64,000 nucleotides of DNA from an uncultured Candidatus Micrarchaeota archaeon (lineage in GTDB: Archaea > Micrarchaeota > Micrarchaeia > Anstonellales > Bilamarchaeaceae). This document shows, in pieces, positions 27,825-37,486 of this stretch. The first letter of the stretch is position 1; every line of letters begins with the position of its first letter. Made by a program: the position numbers and the translations under genes. The DNA is taken from contig OY970229.1 in the NCBI GenBank assembly GCA_963714085.1, positions 546,595 to 610,594 on the forward strand. The letters are read 5' to 3'. The notes under the pieces are model-generated. The model was not told where the DNA came from. It did no database searches and worked only from the letters and a program-made list of their open reading frames with translations.

Positions 27825-28904
27825 ATGGTCGATTTTTCAGTCCTGAGCAAGGACCCAGTGCTTTCAAGAAGTGTCTTCGGGAATACGCTGTTCCAGTACA
27901 TGGAAATGTTCGCAATACTGCTTGCGACCCTGGTGGTAGCCAAGGTGCTTTATTACTTGGTGAAACGCTACGTCCAGGGGCTCGCGGCCAAGAACGGAAG
28001 CAGCCCGGACGAGCTGCTCATCAAGGCACTGGAGACACCGTTCGTATTATTCGTGCTCATCATAGGATTGAACCTGTCCGTGGCTCCGCTGACTCTTCCA
28101 ACTGACATCGCGGGCATGTTCTCCAACCTGATAAAGGTCCTCCTCATACTCAACGCCGCCGCTGTGGTGGCCGCGGTCGTGGATGTCCTTTTCGACGAGT
28201 TCCTCATGCCGTACGCCAAGAAGAGCGCGTCCAAGCTAGACGAGCAGCTCCTGCCGGTGCTCAAGAACTGCGCGCGTGCGATCGTCTTCGCGCTCACCGT
28301 GCTCACAATAGTGTCGAATTTCGGCTACGACGTCAGCGCTGTGCTCGTGGGCCTGGTGATCGCCGGGATAGCCATCGGCATCGCGGCCCAGGACTCGCTC
28401 AGCAACGTCATCGGCTCGGCTGCCTTGTTCACCGACCGGCCCTTCGAGATGGAGGATCTGGTGCAGGTGGACGGGGTTACCGGGAAGGTCGAGGATATCG
28501 GCATCCGCAGCACGCGCATACGCACCGTGGACGGCACTTTGGTATCCATACCGAACGCGACCGTGGCCAGGGCGTCGGTGGAGAACTACACCAAGTCAGC
28601 GAAAAGGAGGGTGCAGCTGAAGCTCGGCCTTGAGTACAACACCACGGGCAAGAAGATATCCAAGGCCAAGGACATCGTCAGGGACATCCTCAGGAACACC
28701 AGGGGAGTGGATCCTGACGACGTCGCGGTGCATTTCATAGACTTCGCCGATTCCCAGCTCCAGCTCATGCTCACATATCATATAGTGGAGACGTCCAGGA
28801 TGTTCGATGTCCAGGACGAGGTGAACTCGCGCATAAAGGACGAGTTCGAGAAGGCCCGCATAGAGTTCGCGCTCCCGAGCAGGGCGGTCTACGTTAAGGA
28901 CTAG
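27825..28904 (+). CDS. mscS: Small-conductance mechanosensitive channel
   Basis: IAAQDSLSN, DRPF, G.VEDIGIRSTRIRT.DG..V.IPN, IEFALPSR. Confidence 0.93.
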   Translation: MVDFSVLSKDPVLSRSVFGNTLFQYMEMFAILLATLVVAKVLYYLVKRYVQGLAAKNGSSPDELLIKALETPFVLFVLIIGLNLSVAPLTLPTDIAGMFSNLIKVLLILNAAAVVAAVVDVLFDEFLMPYAKKSASKLDEQLLPVLKNCARAIVFALTVLTIVSNFGYDVSAVLVGLVIAGIAIGIAAQDSLSNVIGSAALFTDRPFEMEDLVQVDGVTGKVEDIGIRSTRIRTVDGTLVSIPNATVARASVENYTKSAKRRVQLKLGLEYNTTGKKISKAKDIVRDILRNTRGVDPDDVAVHFIDFADSQLQLMLTYHIVETSRMFDVQDEVNSRIKDEFEKARIEFALPSRAVYVKD

Positions 28905-28961
28905 CTCGATGACCCCAACCTTTTTAATCTCCTTTCACTCAAATAGTATAAACGTATTCTC

Positions 28962-30521
28962 ATGGCAGGAGCAGGAAGGGCGCTCATCAGCGTCTATGAA
29001 AAGAGGAACGTCGCCGAGTTCGCACTCTCGCTCTCCGCGCTGGGTTTCGAGATAATCTCGAGCGGAGGGACCGCCAGGCTCCTTGCCAGCTCTGGAGTGA
29101 AGGTCACCGAGGTTTCTGATTACACCGGCTCGCCCGAGATGATGGAGGGACGGGTCAAGACGCTCCACCCGAAGATACATGGGGGGATCCTGGCTGACAG
29201 GAGCAAGAAGGAGCATCTTGAGGCGGCCAAAAAAGAGGGAATCGGACTCATCGATATCGTAATCGTCAACTTATACCCATTCGAGGAGACCATCCAGAAG
29301 TCCGGGGACGACCTGGAGAAGGTCATAGAGAATATAGACATAGGCGGGCCTGCCCTGGTACGCTCGGCTGCGAAGAACTACCAGTCCGTGGCTGTGATAG
29401 TGAACCCGGACAGGTACGCCGCGGTGGCCGCCGAGCTCAAAAGCAACGGCAAGGTGAGCATGCGCATGCGCGAGACGCTCGCCATCGAGGCCTGGGAGCA
29501 CATCGCGCACTACGACAGCGTGATTGAGAACTACTTCAGGCGCCGCCTTAAAGGCATGAAATACCCGCCCTACCTGAATCTCACGTTCAGGAAGAAGCAG
29601 GACCTGCGCTACGGGGAGAACCCGCACCAGACCGCCGCCTTCTATATAGACGACCATTTCCACCAGCACGCCATAACGAACTCGAAACAGCTCCAGGGCA
29701 AGGAGCTCTCCTACAACAACATACTTGACGGGAACGCGGCTTTAGAGCTGATCAAGGAGTTCGAGGAGATGCCGACCGCGGTCGTGGTGAAGCACAACAA
29801 CCCCTCAGGGGTAGCGTCCAACGAGACGGACATATTGGAGGCGTTCAGGATCGCGCGTTCGGTGGACCCGGAGGCGGCCTTCGGCGGCGTGTTCTGCGTG
29901 AACAAACCGGTCGACGCTGCGCTGGCCAAGGAGATGCTCACCGGTTTCGTCGAGGTCGTCATCGCGCCCTCTTATTCGAAGGAGGCGCTGGAAGCGTTCG
30001 CCGCGAAGAAGAACGTCCGCGTGCTCACGGTGCAGAACATAGAGAGGAGGCGCGAGTCCTACCTGGAATATCGCTCCGTCGTGGGCGGGCTATTGGTGCA
30101 GGACGGCAATATACTCCTCCACGACCAGAAATTCAACGTGGTGACCAAACGCCAGCCCACGGAGTACGAGATCGCGTCCATGAAATACGCCTGGAAGGTC
30201 TGCAAGTACGTGAAATCCAATGCCACGGTGTTCGCGAGGCCGGACCGGGTGGTCGCAATAGGGGCAGGGCAGATGAAGCGCGTGGACGCGACCAGGCTCG
30301 CGGGCATGATAGCAAAGGGATTCGGGCTACCCCTCGAAGGCGCGGCAATGGCGTCGGACGCCTTCTTCCCGTTCCGCGACGGTGTGGACGAGGCGGCCAA
30401 GCTCGGCGCCACAGCGGTGATCCAGCCGGGCGGCTCCATAAGGGACAAGGAGGTCATAGCCGCGGCTGACGAGCATAATTTGGCGATGGTTTTCACCGGA
30501 GTGAGGCATTTCAGGCACTAA
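28962..30521 (+). CDS. purH: Bifunctional AICAR transformylase/IMP cyclohydrolase
   Basis: GRVKTLHP, NLYPF, IDIGGP, LRYGENPHQ, SYNN..D, KHNNP, VKSN, ASDAFFPF, RHFRH. Confidence 0.97.
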   Translation: MAGAGRALISVYEKRNVAEFALSLSALGFEIISSGGTARLLASSGVKVTEVSDYTGSPEMMEGRVKTLHPKIHGGILADRSKKEHLEAAKKEGIGLIDIVIVNLYPFEETIQKSGDDLEKVIENIDIGGPALVRSAAKNYQSVAVIVNPDRYAAVAAELKSNGKVSMRMRETLAIEAWEHIAHYDSVIENYFRRRLKGMKYPPYLNLTFRKKQDLRYGENPHQTAAFYIDDHFHQHAITNSKQLQGKELSYNNILDGNAALELIKEFEEMPTAVVVKHNNPSGVASNETDILEAFRIARSVDPEAAFGGVFCVNKPVDAALAKEMLTGFVEVVIAPSYSKEALEAFAAKKNVRVLTVQNIERRRESYLEYRSVVGGLLVQDGNILLHDQKFNVVTKRQPTEYEIASMKYAWKVCKYVKSNATVFARPDRVVAIGAGQMKRVDATRLAGMIAKGFGLPLEGAAMASDAFFPFRDGVDEAAKLGATAVIQPGGSIRDKEVIAAADEHNLAMVFTGVRHFRH

Positions 30522-31417
30522 TGCTTGTGCCCTTTCCGCTTGTGGACCATGACCTTGCACATCTTCTTATTCTCGCAGGTGCAGCCTTCGGGCTCGAATT
30601 GTATCGTGGTGTGGGAGATGCCGAGGCCATGGAGCTTCTCCTCTATCTCGTCTGCCATGTCGCGCGTGTCCGCGAGCTCCACATTGTCCGTCTCCACGTG
30701 CATCATGGCGAACACGAGCTCGGAACAGGTGCGCCAGACATGGACGTCGTGCACCCCCTTGACGCCGTCAACAGAGCGGAGCGCTTGCTTTATCTTGTCC
30801 TCGCCCGCCTCGTAGGGAGCGGACTCGAGCAGGATGGATATCGAACTCTCCAGGATCGTGTAGGCGCTGAAGAGTATCACCAGGGAGATCAGGCCGCTCA
30901 CAGCGATGTCTATCACCGGCTGGCCGGTCACGAGTATGAGGACCGCTCCGATGATGACGCCGATGGAAGATAACGCGTCCCCGGCGGCGTGGAGGAACAC
31001 GCTCCGGGTGTTGAGGTTCTCCTCGTGCTGGAGGTGGTATGCGACGTAGAGGTTGCCCGCCAGGCCCACGGCCGCGGTCACGAGCATGGGGATGCTGTTT
31101 ACGTGATAGCCGGTCCCGAGCCTTCCGTATGCCTCGTATGCTATGAAGGCAGACATGAGCACCAGGAGGATGCCGTTGAAGAACGCGGCGAACACCTCCA
31201 ACCGGTGGAGCCCGAACGTGCGGCTCGAGCTCGCTGCGCGCAGGGCGAGCACCATGGCGGTGAGGGAGATGCCCAAAGCAAGCAGATCCGAGAACACGTG
31301 CGCGCTGTCGCCGAGCAGCGCGAGGCTGTTGGAGTAGTAGAAGCCCACGAGCTGGACTAAGAGGACCGCGAGCGTGACCAGGAACGCCCTGCCCAGATCC
31401 TTCACCGCGTCGTCCAT
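30518..31417 (-). CDS. Cation diffusion facilitator (CzcD/ZitB-like)
   Basis: SLALLGDSAHVFSD, TFG..RLE, LHAAGD, VHDVHVW, HTTIQFE; Cys/His-rich tail. Confidence 0.93.
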   Translation of the reverse strand: MDDAVKDLGRAFLVTLAVLLVQLVGFYYSNSLALLGDSAHVFSDLLALGISLTAMVLALRAASSSRTFGLHRLEVFAAFFNGILLVLMSAFIAYEAYGRLGTGYHVNSIPMLVTAAVGLAGNLYVAYHLQHEENLNTRSVFLHAAGDALSSIGVIIGAVLILVTGQPVIDIAVSGLISLVILFSAYTILESSISILLESAPYEAGEDKIKQALRSVDGVKGVHDVHVWRTCSELVFAMMHVETDNVELADTRDMADEIEEKLHGLGISHTTIQFEPEGCTCENKKMCKVMVHKRKGHKH

Positions 31418-31468
31418 GCTCGGGCTAACCAGTATAAAAATTTAAACCATATAGTTCAGAAAAATATA

Positions 31469-32935
31469 CTATAGCTCTTCGGCATACTTCTGCGCCAGCG
31501 CCATGTACTTCCTTATCCGTTGCTTCGCGTCTTCGGACTTCGTCCCGGAGTAGTCTATGGCTGCTATCTTCGCCCGGACATTGGCGCGGTAGCATTTGTA
31601 TATCCTGAGCATGGTCCTGAGATCCGGGTCCTCCGTCTTGGAGAGGTATTCCTCCACGAACAGCTCGGACAGGCCCTCCTTCCCGAACGCGTCCAGGTCC
31701 ATGGCCATGAACGCGATCTCGCTGGCCACGTCCACGTAGCGGAAGTCCTTGCTGAACTCTATGCAGTCGAAGATCACTATGCCCCCGTCCTCGAGGATGA
31801 ATATGTTGGCCGAATGCAAATCCCCGTGGCAGTCCTTAATCCTTCCTTCGGCCTGCCTCCGCGCGAATAGCGTCCTGTTCTTCTTTATGAAATCGTCCGA
31901 GCGCCTGAGCACGGAATCCACCTCCGCCCCCATGCCGCACGCCTCCTCTATCGCGCTACGGAAGTTACCAAGGTCGTCTATCTGGCTTTTCACGACGTCT
32001 GCCGAGCTGTAGCCCTTGTCTTTTATCACGTCTATCCTCTTGTGGAAATCGGCAATCATGCCCGCGATTTTGCTTATGTGACTAACATCCACCTTCCCCT
32101 GCTCCAGAAGGACGTCCATCCTCCTCTCATTGGGCAGTTTCCGCATTTTCACGGCGTAATCTATCGTGCGGCCGCCGCCTCCCAGCGCAACAGTACCGTT
32201 CTTGACCAAGGTCACCGGCACCACGTCCAGGTAGACGTCCGGCGAGAGCCGCTTGTTGAGCCTGACCTCCTCCTCGCAGAAGAGCTTCCTCCGCTCGAGC
32301 GTGGTGAAATCCAGAAAAGAGAACTTTGCCGGCCTTTTTATCTTATACACGAACTCCTTGCCCAGCAGCACCCAGGAGATGTGCGTAACCATCAGCTCGG
32401 CGTCCAGGCTCTTGCGCAGCTGTTCAATCTTCCCGTCGTTCATGCCTTCAAGAACGAACCGCCCGACTTCGTCCACGATGCCTTGGATCGGCTTCGAGGC
32501 GTCGATGACAAGATGATCCCCCTTGACCGGCTCGAACCCTGCCTTCAACTTGAGGTATATCGCGAAATCCGCGTCGCTCGGCCCTTTTTCCCGTTGTTCC
32601 AGCCTTTTACGGACCTCGGCATCGCTCAGGCTGCACAGAACCATGTAATAATTGGCGCCGGCGTTGCGCGCCGCTTCCTCCGCCAATCGCAGGTAATCAC
32701 TTCGTGAGAACGTCGCGTCCAGCACCACATTCCTGCCTTGATTGAGCAGCGCCTCGGCCTCCTCCGCCATTTTACGATAGACCGTCAGTTTCTCGTCTTC
32801 GCTGTAAACAGGCTTGGAGAACGTCCTTTTCCGGATGACGTCGCTGCTCAGGAGCTCGGCTGAGAAGCGTTTCGCGAGGGATGCGGCAATCGTGCTTTTG
32901 CCAGTGCCAGGTAGGCCGCAGACTATGATGAGCAT
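31469..32935 (-). CDS. P-loop kinase (AAA_33-like) fused to an aminoglycoside-phosphotransferase-like domain
   Basis: N-terminal GLPGTGKS, SDVIRK, LDATF, SDAD; C-terminal THISWV, YKIK, EVRLN.RL, CHGDLH..N, FDCIEF, YRA.VRAK. Confidence 0.9.
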   Translation of the reverse strand: MLIIVCGLPGTGKSTIAASLAKRFSAELLSSDVIRKRTFSKPVYSEDEKLTVYRKMAEEAEALLNQGRNVVLDATFSRSDYLRLAEEAARNAGANYYMVLCSLSDAEVRKRLEQREKGPSDADFAIYLKLKAGFEPVKGDHLVIDASKPIQGIVDEVGRFVLEGMNDGKIEQLRKSLDAELMVTHISWVLLGKEFVYKIKRPAKFSFLDFTTLERRKLFCEEEVRLNKRLSPDVYLDVVPVTLVKNGTVALGGGGRTIDYAVKMRKLPNERRMDVLLEQGKVDVSHISKIAGMIADFHKRIDVIKDKGYSSADVVKSQIDDLGNFRSAIEEACGMGAEVDSVLRRSDDFIKKNRTLFARRQAEGRIKDCHGDLHSANIFILEDGGIVIFDCIEFSKDFRYVDVASEIAFMAMDLDAFGKEGLSELFVEEYLSKTEDPDLRTMLRIYKCYRANVRAKIAAIDYSGTKSEDAKQRIRKYMALAQKYAEEL

Positions 32936-32973
32936 GAATTTAATACCTCAGCTAAATTTATAAATCGGATTTC

Positions 32974-33261
32974 ATGGCGATTGCGAATTTCCGTCTCCAC
33001 GTGAACGTCTTCGGAGATGTCCAGGGCGTGTTCTTCCGCGCGGGCGCGCAGGACGAAGCCAGGCGCATAGGCGGCATAACCGGGTGGGTGAGGAACACTC
33101 CCCAGGGCGGGGTCGAACTCGTAGCGGAGGGAGAACGGAGCGCGCTAGAAGCGCTCCTAGAATGGTGCTCCCACGGGCCTGTGGGTGCGGTCGTTGAAAA
33201 AATAAACAGCGAATGGCTCGCGTATACCGGTGAATTCGATGATTTCAGGGTAACGTACTAG
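32974..33261 (+). CDS. acyP: Acylphosphatase
   Basis: G.VQGVFFR, GWVRN, HGP.GA.V. Confidence 0.94.
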   Translation: MAIANFRLHVNVFGDVQGVFFRAGAQDEARRIGGITGWVRNTPQGGVELVAEGERSALEALLEWCSHGPVGAVVEKINSEWLAYTGEFDDFRVTY

Positions 33262-33644
33262 CTCTTCGCGTTCCCCCTTCTCCTCGGATCCATCTGGCCG
33301 CGGCCCTCCTTGGCCTTGTCAGCCATCTTCAGGGTGCGCTCGTCGTCCTGGATCCCCATGCCCTCGCTGTAGAGCGCCCGGGCCTCCAGGGGTATCGTTA
33401 TGGTCTTCTGGTCCGTGAAACATGCTGGGCAGCCATTGTCGTCTTCCACCGCGTCCAGAAGCGCAACCATGGCCGCGATCTTGTCCGGCGTGTTCTTCGG
33501 AAGCGTGATCAGGGGCCCCTTCTTGTTCTCGATCATGTCCCTTTCGAGCTTGTTCAGCAGCTCGAGCAGCCTCATCCTCTCCGGTTCGTTGAAGCCGTTG
33601 TCCTCGAGCCATCTCTCCGCGCTTTTCTCGTACTTGAACTTCAT
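33258..33644 (-). CDS. Hypothetical protein
   Basis: Host-like codons; one CPAC motif; start reset to ATG 33644. Confidence 0.7.
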   Translation of the reverse strand: MKFKYEKSAERWLEDNGFNEPERMRLLELLNKLERDMIENKKGPLITLPKNTPDKIAAMVALLDAVEDDNGCPACFTDQKTITIPLEARALYSEGMGIQDDERTLKMADKAKEGRGQMDPRRRGNAKS

Positions 33645-33706
33645 TCTTCCACCCGTATGGGCATTCGGCAAAGAACAAATATATACCTTATCGTTCCAAT
33701 GCCATC

Positions 33707-35440
33707 ATGCTCATTTTCGGCGACGTGGCCAGGACCTTCCAGGAGCTTGAATCAAAGTCAGGGAGGCTGGAGATGACGGACATACTCGCTGGCCTGCTCA
33801 AGAAGACCGAAGCCGGCGAGGTCGACAAGCTGGCCTACCTCATCCAGGGGCAGCTCTCACCCGCGTACGAAGGCGTCGATTTGGGCGTCGGCGAGAGGTT
33901 CGTCATAGAGGCGATCGCCCATTCCGCGGGCTATTCTCCGGAGCAGGTGGAGAAGCACTACAAGAAGAGCGGTGACCTGGGCGCCACTGCAGAGGAGCTG
34001 CTCTCTGAGAAGAAGCAGCAGGCGCTCTCGGTGCGGGAGATGGACGTCACCTATGTATACAACGCATTCATGAAGATCGCCCGTTCGTCAGGGCCCGGAA
34101 GCCAGGAGCTCAAGATAAAGCTCCTCACCGAACTTCTGAACAACGCATCTGCGCTCGAAGCCCGCTTCATAGTGAGGTTCGCGCTCGGAAGATTGAGGCT
34201 GGGCGTGGGAGACCCGACGATCCTCGACGCATTGTCCGTTGCCACGGTCGGCAACAAGTCCATGCGCGAGCCTCTGGACCGGGCTTACAACGTGTGCTCC
34301 GACATCGGCTACGTGGCGAGGACCTATCTGGAGAGCCCCGAGAGGATAAAAGGGTTCAAGGTGCAGCCTTTCAAGCCCCTCATGCCCGCATTGGCAGAGC
34401 GGCTGAGCACGTCCAAGGAGATAATGGAGAGGCTGGGCAGATGCGGAGTGGAGATGAAATTCGATGGCTTCAGGCTCCAATGCCACAAGAAAGGCAATAA
34501 GGTGGAGCTTTATTCACGCAAGCTCGAGCGCATGACCGACATGCTACCTGAGATAGTCGAGGAAGTCAAAGGCTTGAAAGCGAAGGAACTGATATTCGAG
34601 GGCGAGACGCTCGCCTACGATACGAAGCACAAGAGGTATTTCTCGTTCCAGGAGACCATGCACAGGAAGAGGAAGCACGGCATAAAGGAGGCGGAGAAGG
34701 AGCTTCCGCTGAACGTCTTCTGCTTCGACATCCTGTATCTGGACGGCAGGGACATGACCAACGAGCCGTATGCCGAAAGAAGAAAAGTGCTGGAATCGCT
34801 TTTCCCCAAGGGCATACTCAAGGTCAGCGAGTGCCATATCGTGGAGAAGACCTCGGAGCTGGAGAAGCTGTTCCAGGAGTCCATGAGCTCCGGGCTCGAG
34901 GGCATAATGGCCAAGGACCTGAACGCGCCTTACACCGCTGGCAAGCGCAAGTTCGCATGGATAAAGCTCAAGAAATCGTACGGGAAGGCTGTCGACACCG
35001 TGGACGGCGTGGTCGTCGGCTACTATCTGGGCAAGGGCTCGCGCGCCGAGTTCGAGTTCGGCGGCCTGCTCATCGCGGTGCGGAACGAAGACACCGGGAA
35101 GCTGGAGACCGTCGCGAAGATAGGCTCCGGGTTCACGGAGGAGGAGATGGTCTCCCTGGAGAAGATGCTCGACAAGATAAAGACCAAGGAGCCCCCGGAA
35201 GACCTGGTCCACACCATAGCGCCGGATTTCTGGGTGCAGCCCAAGTATGTGGTCGAGGTCGCCTTCGACGACATAACCAAGTCGCCCACGCACACCTGCG
35301 GCCTGAGGGAGGGGAACGACAAGGGATACGCGCTCCGGTTCCCCAGGCTGGTCCAGATCAGGAAAGACAAGGGCGTCAAGGACGCGACCACCACCAGCGA
35401 AGTGGAGGAAATGTTCGAATTGCAGCATTCGCGCTCATAA
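33707..35440 (+). CDS. lig: ATP-dependent DNA ligase
   Basis: EMKFDGFR (motif I), YSR, EGE, FDILY, EGIMAK, WIKLK, LRFPR. Confidence 0.97.
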   Translation: MLIFGDVARTFQELESKSGRLEMTDILAGLLKKTEAGEVDKLAYLIQGQLSPAYEGVDLGVGERFVIEAIAHSAGYSPEQVEKHYKKSGDLGATAEELLSEKKQQALSVREMDVTYVYNAFMKIARSSGPGSQELKIKLLTELLNNASALEARFIVRFALGRLRLGVGDPTILDALSVATVGNKSMREPLDRAYNVCSDIGYVARTYLESPERIKGFKVQPFKPLMPALAERLSTSKEIMERLGRCGVEMKFDGFRLQCHKKGNKVELYSRKLERMTDMLPEIVEEVKGLKAKELIFEGETLAYDTKHKRYFSFQETMHRKRKHGIKEAEKELPLNVFCFDILYLDGRDMTNEPYAERRKVLESLFPKGILKVSECHIVEKTSELEKLFQESMSSGLEGIMAKDLNAPYTAGKRKFAWIKLKKSYGKAVDTVDGVVVGYYLGKGSRAEFEFGGLLIAVRNEDTGKLETVAKIGSGFTEEEMVSLEKMLDKIKTKEPPEDLVHTIAPDFWVQPKYVVEVAFDDITKSPTHTCGLREGNDKGYALRFPRLVQIRKDKGVKDATTTSEVEEMFELQHSRS

Positions 35441-35449
35441 GGTGATTCT

Positions 35450-36892
35450 ATGGAACTTACAGGGAAATCATGCGCTATCTCAGCTGTGAAGGAGGACGTA
35501 CTCGCGTATCCGGTGGCCGAAGGCGGCGCGATACCTGGCGAGCTGAAGGAGTTCATCAAGGGCATGACGGAAAAGCAGTTCTCGGGCAAATGCGGCGAGT
35601 CCTGGTCCGCGACCACGCTCGGAAAGGCGGGATTCTCAAGGTTTCTGCTGGTCGGCATGGGCAAAACAGAGGAGTTGGACCTCGACGCCTTCAGGAAGCT
35701 CGGCGGCGCTGCGGTAAGGTACGGGGTGTCCACGAAAAGCGCCAGCGTGGCGGTGTACCTGCCCAGGTTCGCGAAAATAAAGGATATGGATGCCGCCGGG
35801 GCGGCTGCCGAAGGGGCGGTGCTGGCGTCTTATAAGTTCACGAGGTTCAAGACCAAGAAGGATGACATCTATGAACTCCCGAAAGCGGTCGTCGTTTCGG
35901 ATGGGGCCGAAGGCGTGAAAACCGGAGCCCTCCTGGCCAGCGCCCAGAACTACGTGCGCGGCATGAACGAGGTGCCCGCTAACCTCGCGACTCCGACCTC
36001 CATAGCGGAGGAGGCGAAGCGGCTGGCCAAGGAAAAGGGTTTCTCCTGCAAGGTGTACGGCAAGGAGGAATTGAAGAAGATGAACATGAACGCCTTTCTG
36101 GGGGTCGCCCAGGGCAGCGTGCAGCCTCCCGCGCTCGTTGCGCTGGAATACGGCTCCAAGGGGCCGCTGGTCGCAATCGTGGGCAAGGGGATAACCTTCG
36201 ACTCCGGCGGCATATCCATCAAGCCGTCAAAGGGAATGCAGGAAATGAAATACGACAAGACCGGCGCGCTCGTGGTGCTGGGGGTCTTCAAGGCGGTCTC
36301 CGAGCTCGGGCTTCCGGTCCGGCTGTTCGGCGTGATGCCGCTTACGGAAAATCTCCCTTCCGGCAGCGCGCAGAAGCCAGGGGACATAGTGACCGCATGC
36401 AACGGGAAGACCATAGAGGTCATCAATACGGACGCGGAAGGGAGATTGATACTCGCGGATGCGCTCGCCTTCGCCGCGGAGAGGAAACCGGACTACATGA
36501 TAAGCATAGCGACACTCACTGGAGCGGTTATCGTGGCGCTCGGAAGGCAGTGCGCTGCAGTGCTTTCCAAAGACGACAAGTTCTGCCGGGCGCTGGAGGA
36601 ATCAGGAACCAGGACGTTCGAGCGCCTCTGGAGGCTACCGCTGTGGGACGAATACGGAGAGATGATGAAGAGCGATTTCGCGGACCTGAAGAACGTCTCT
36701 GACGCCAGCGAGGCAGGGACCATAGCCGGCGCCATATTCCTCAAGGAGTTCGTCGGCGAGACGAGATGGGCCCATATAGACATAGCCGGCGTGGACATGA
36801 TAAACTGCCCGCACCCTTATCTGGAGAAGGGCGCCTCGGGCATAGGCGTGAGGCTGCTAGTGGACGCGGTCTCAGGACTCGCCGGGAAATGA
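35450..36892 (+). CDS. pepA: Leucyl aminopeptidase (M17)
   Basis: VGKGITFDSGG, MKYDK, NTDAEGRL, ATLTGA, WAHIDIAG. Confidence 0.96.
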   Translation: MELTGKSCAISAVKEDVLAYPVAEGGAIPGELKEFIKGMTEKQFSGKCGESWSATTLGKAGFSRFLLVGMGKTEELDLDAFRKLGGAAVRYGVSTKSASVAVYLPRFAKIKDMDAAGAAAEGAVLASYKFTRFKTKKDDIYELPKAVVVSDGAEGVKTGALLASAQNYVRGMNEVPANLATPTSIAEEAKRLAKEKGFSCKVYGKEELKKMNMNAFLGVAQGSVQPPALVALEYGSKGPLVAIVGKGITFDSGGISIKPSKGMQEMKYDKTGALVVLGVFKAVSELGLPVRLFGVMPLTENLPSGSAQKPGDIVTACNGKTIEVINTDAEGRLILADALAFAAERKPDYMISIATLTGAVIVALGRQCAAVLSKDDKFCRALEESGTRTFERLWRLPLWDEYGEMMKSDFADLKNVSDASEAGTIAGAIFLKEFVGETRWAHIDIAGVDMINCPHPYLEKGASGIGVRLLVDAVSGLAGK

Positions 36893-37480
36893 GAGGACGA
36901 AATAGAGCCGCTGCAGGAACGTGGCCAGGCAGAGCAATGCGGTGAGCGCGAGCAGCGGGACGACGAATTGGACAGCATGCAGCAGCATGAGCACCGGGAC
37001 AATCAGCAGGAGCACGCTGCGCTCCGCGCGCTCCAGAATGCCGGGCATCCTCTTTGCAGTACTGTTATCCAAAATCCCCGAATGCTCCGCGTATGCCTTC
37101 ACGAACGAGGTCATGCAGGTTCCGAAGAAAAGGATGGAAACCAGCAGGAGCTGGGTGGCAGGATCCTTGGTGGAGACGAAAAGCGCCATGATGAGGAAGA
37201 ACTCCACGATGCGGTCCGAGATACCGTCCAGGAAAGCGCCTTTTTTGCTTGTTAATCCTTTGGCGCGCGCCACCGCACCGTCCACAACGTCGGAAAGGAA
37301 CGCGAGGAGGAAGAAGGCGAATCCGAAAGGGATTCCGCCCGGGTAGAGGAACAGCACGAACCCCGCAATCGCGAAAATGACGGAAAATATCGTAATCGTG
37401 TTCGGATGGAGCGGGACCGTGGTGAAAAGCTTGCCTAAGGATTCGGAGAACGATTTCCCGGTTCCGGTGGATTTTAGCAC
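36872..37480 (-). CDS. CDP-alcohol phosphatidyltransferase (probable archaetidylinositol-phosphate synthase)
   Basis: HPN.IT, DVVDGAVAR, GAFLDGISDR, ERAER; directly downstream of inositol-phosphate synthase. Confidence 0.88.
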   Translation of the reverse strand: MLKSTGTGKSFSESLGKLFTTVPLHPNTITIFSVIFAIAGFVLFLYPGGIPFGFAFFLLAFLSDVVDGAVARAKGLTSKKGAFLDGISDRIVEFFLIMALFVSTKDPATQLLLVSILFFGTCMTSFVKAYAEHSGILDNSTAKRMPGILERAERSVLLLIVPVLMLLHAVQFVVPLLALTALLCLATFLQRLYFVLSFPGES

Positions 37481-37486
37481 CGTGGT

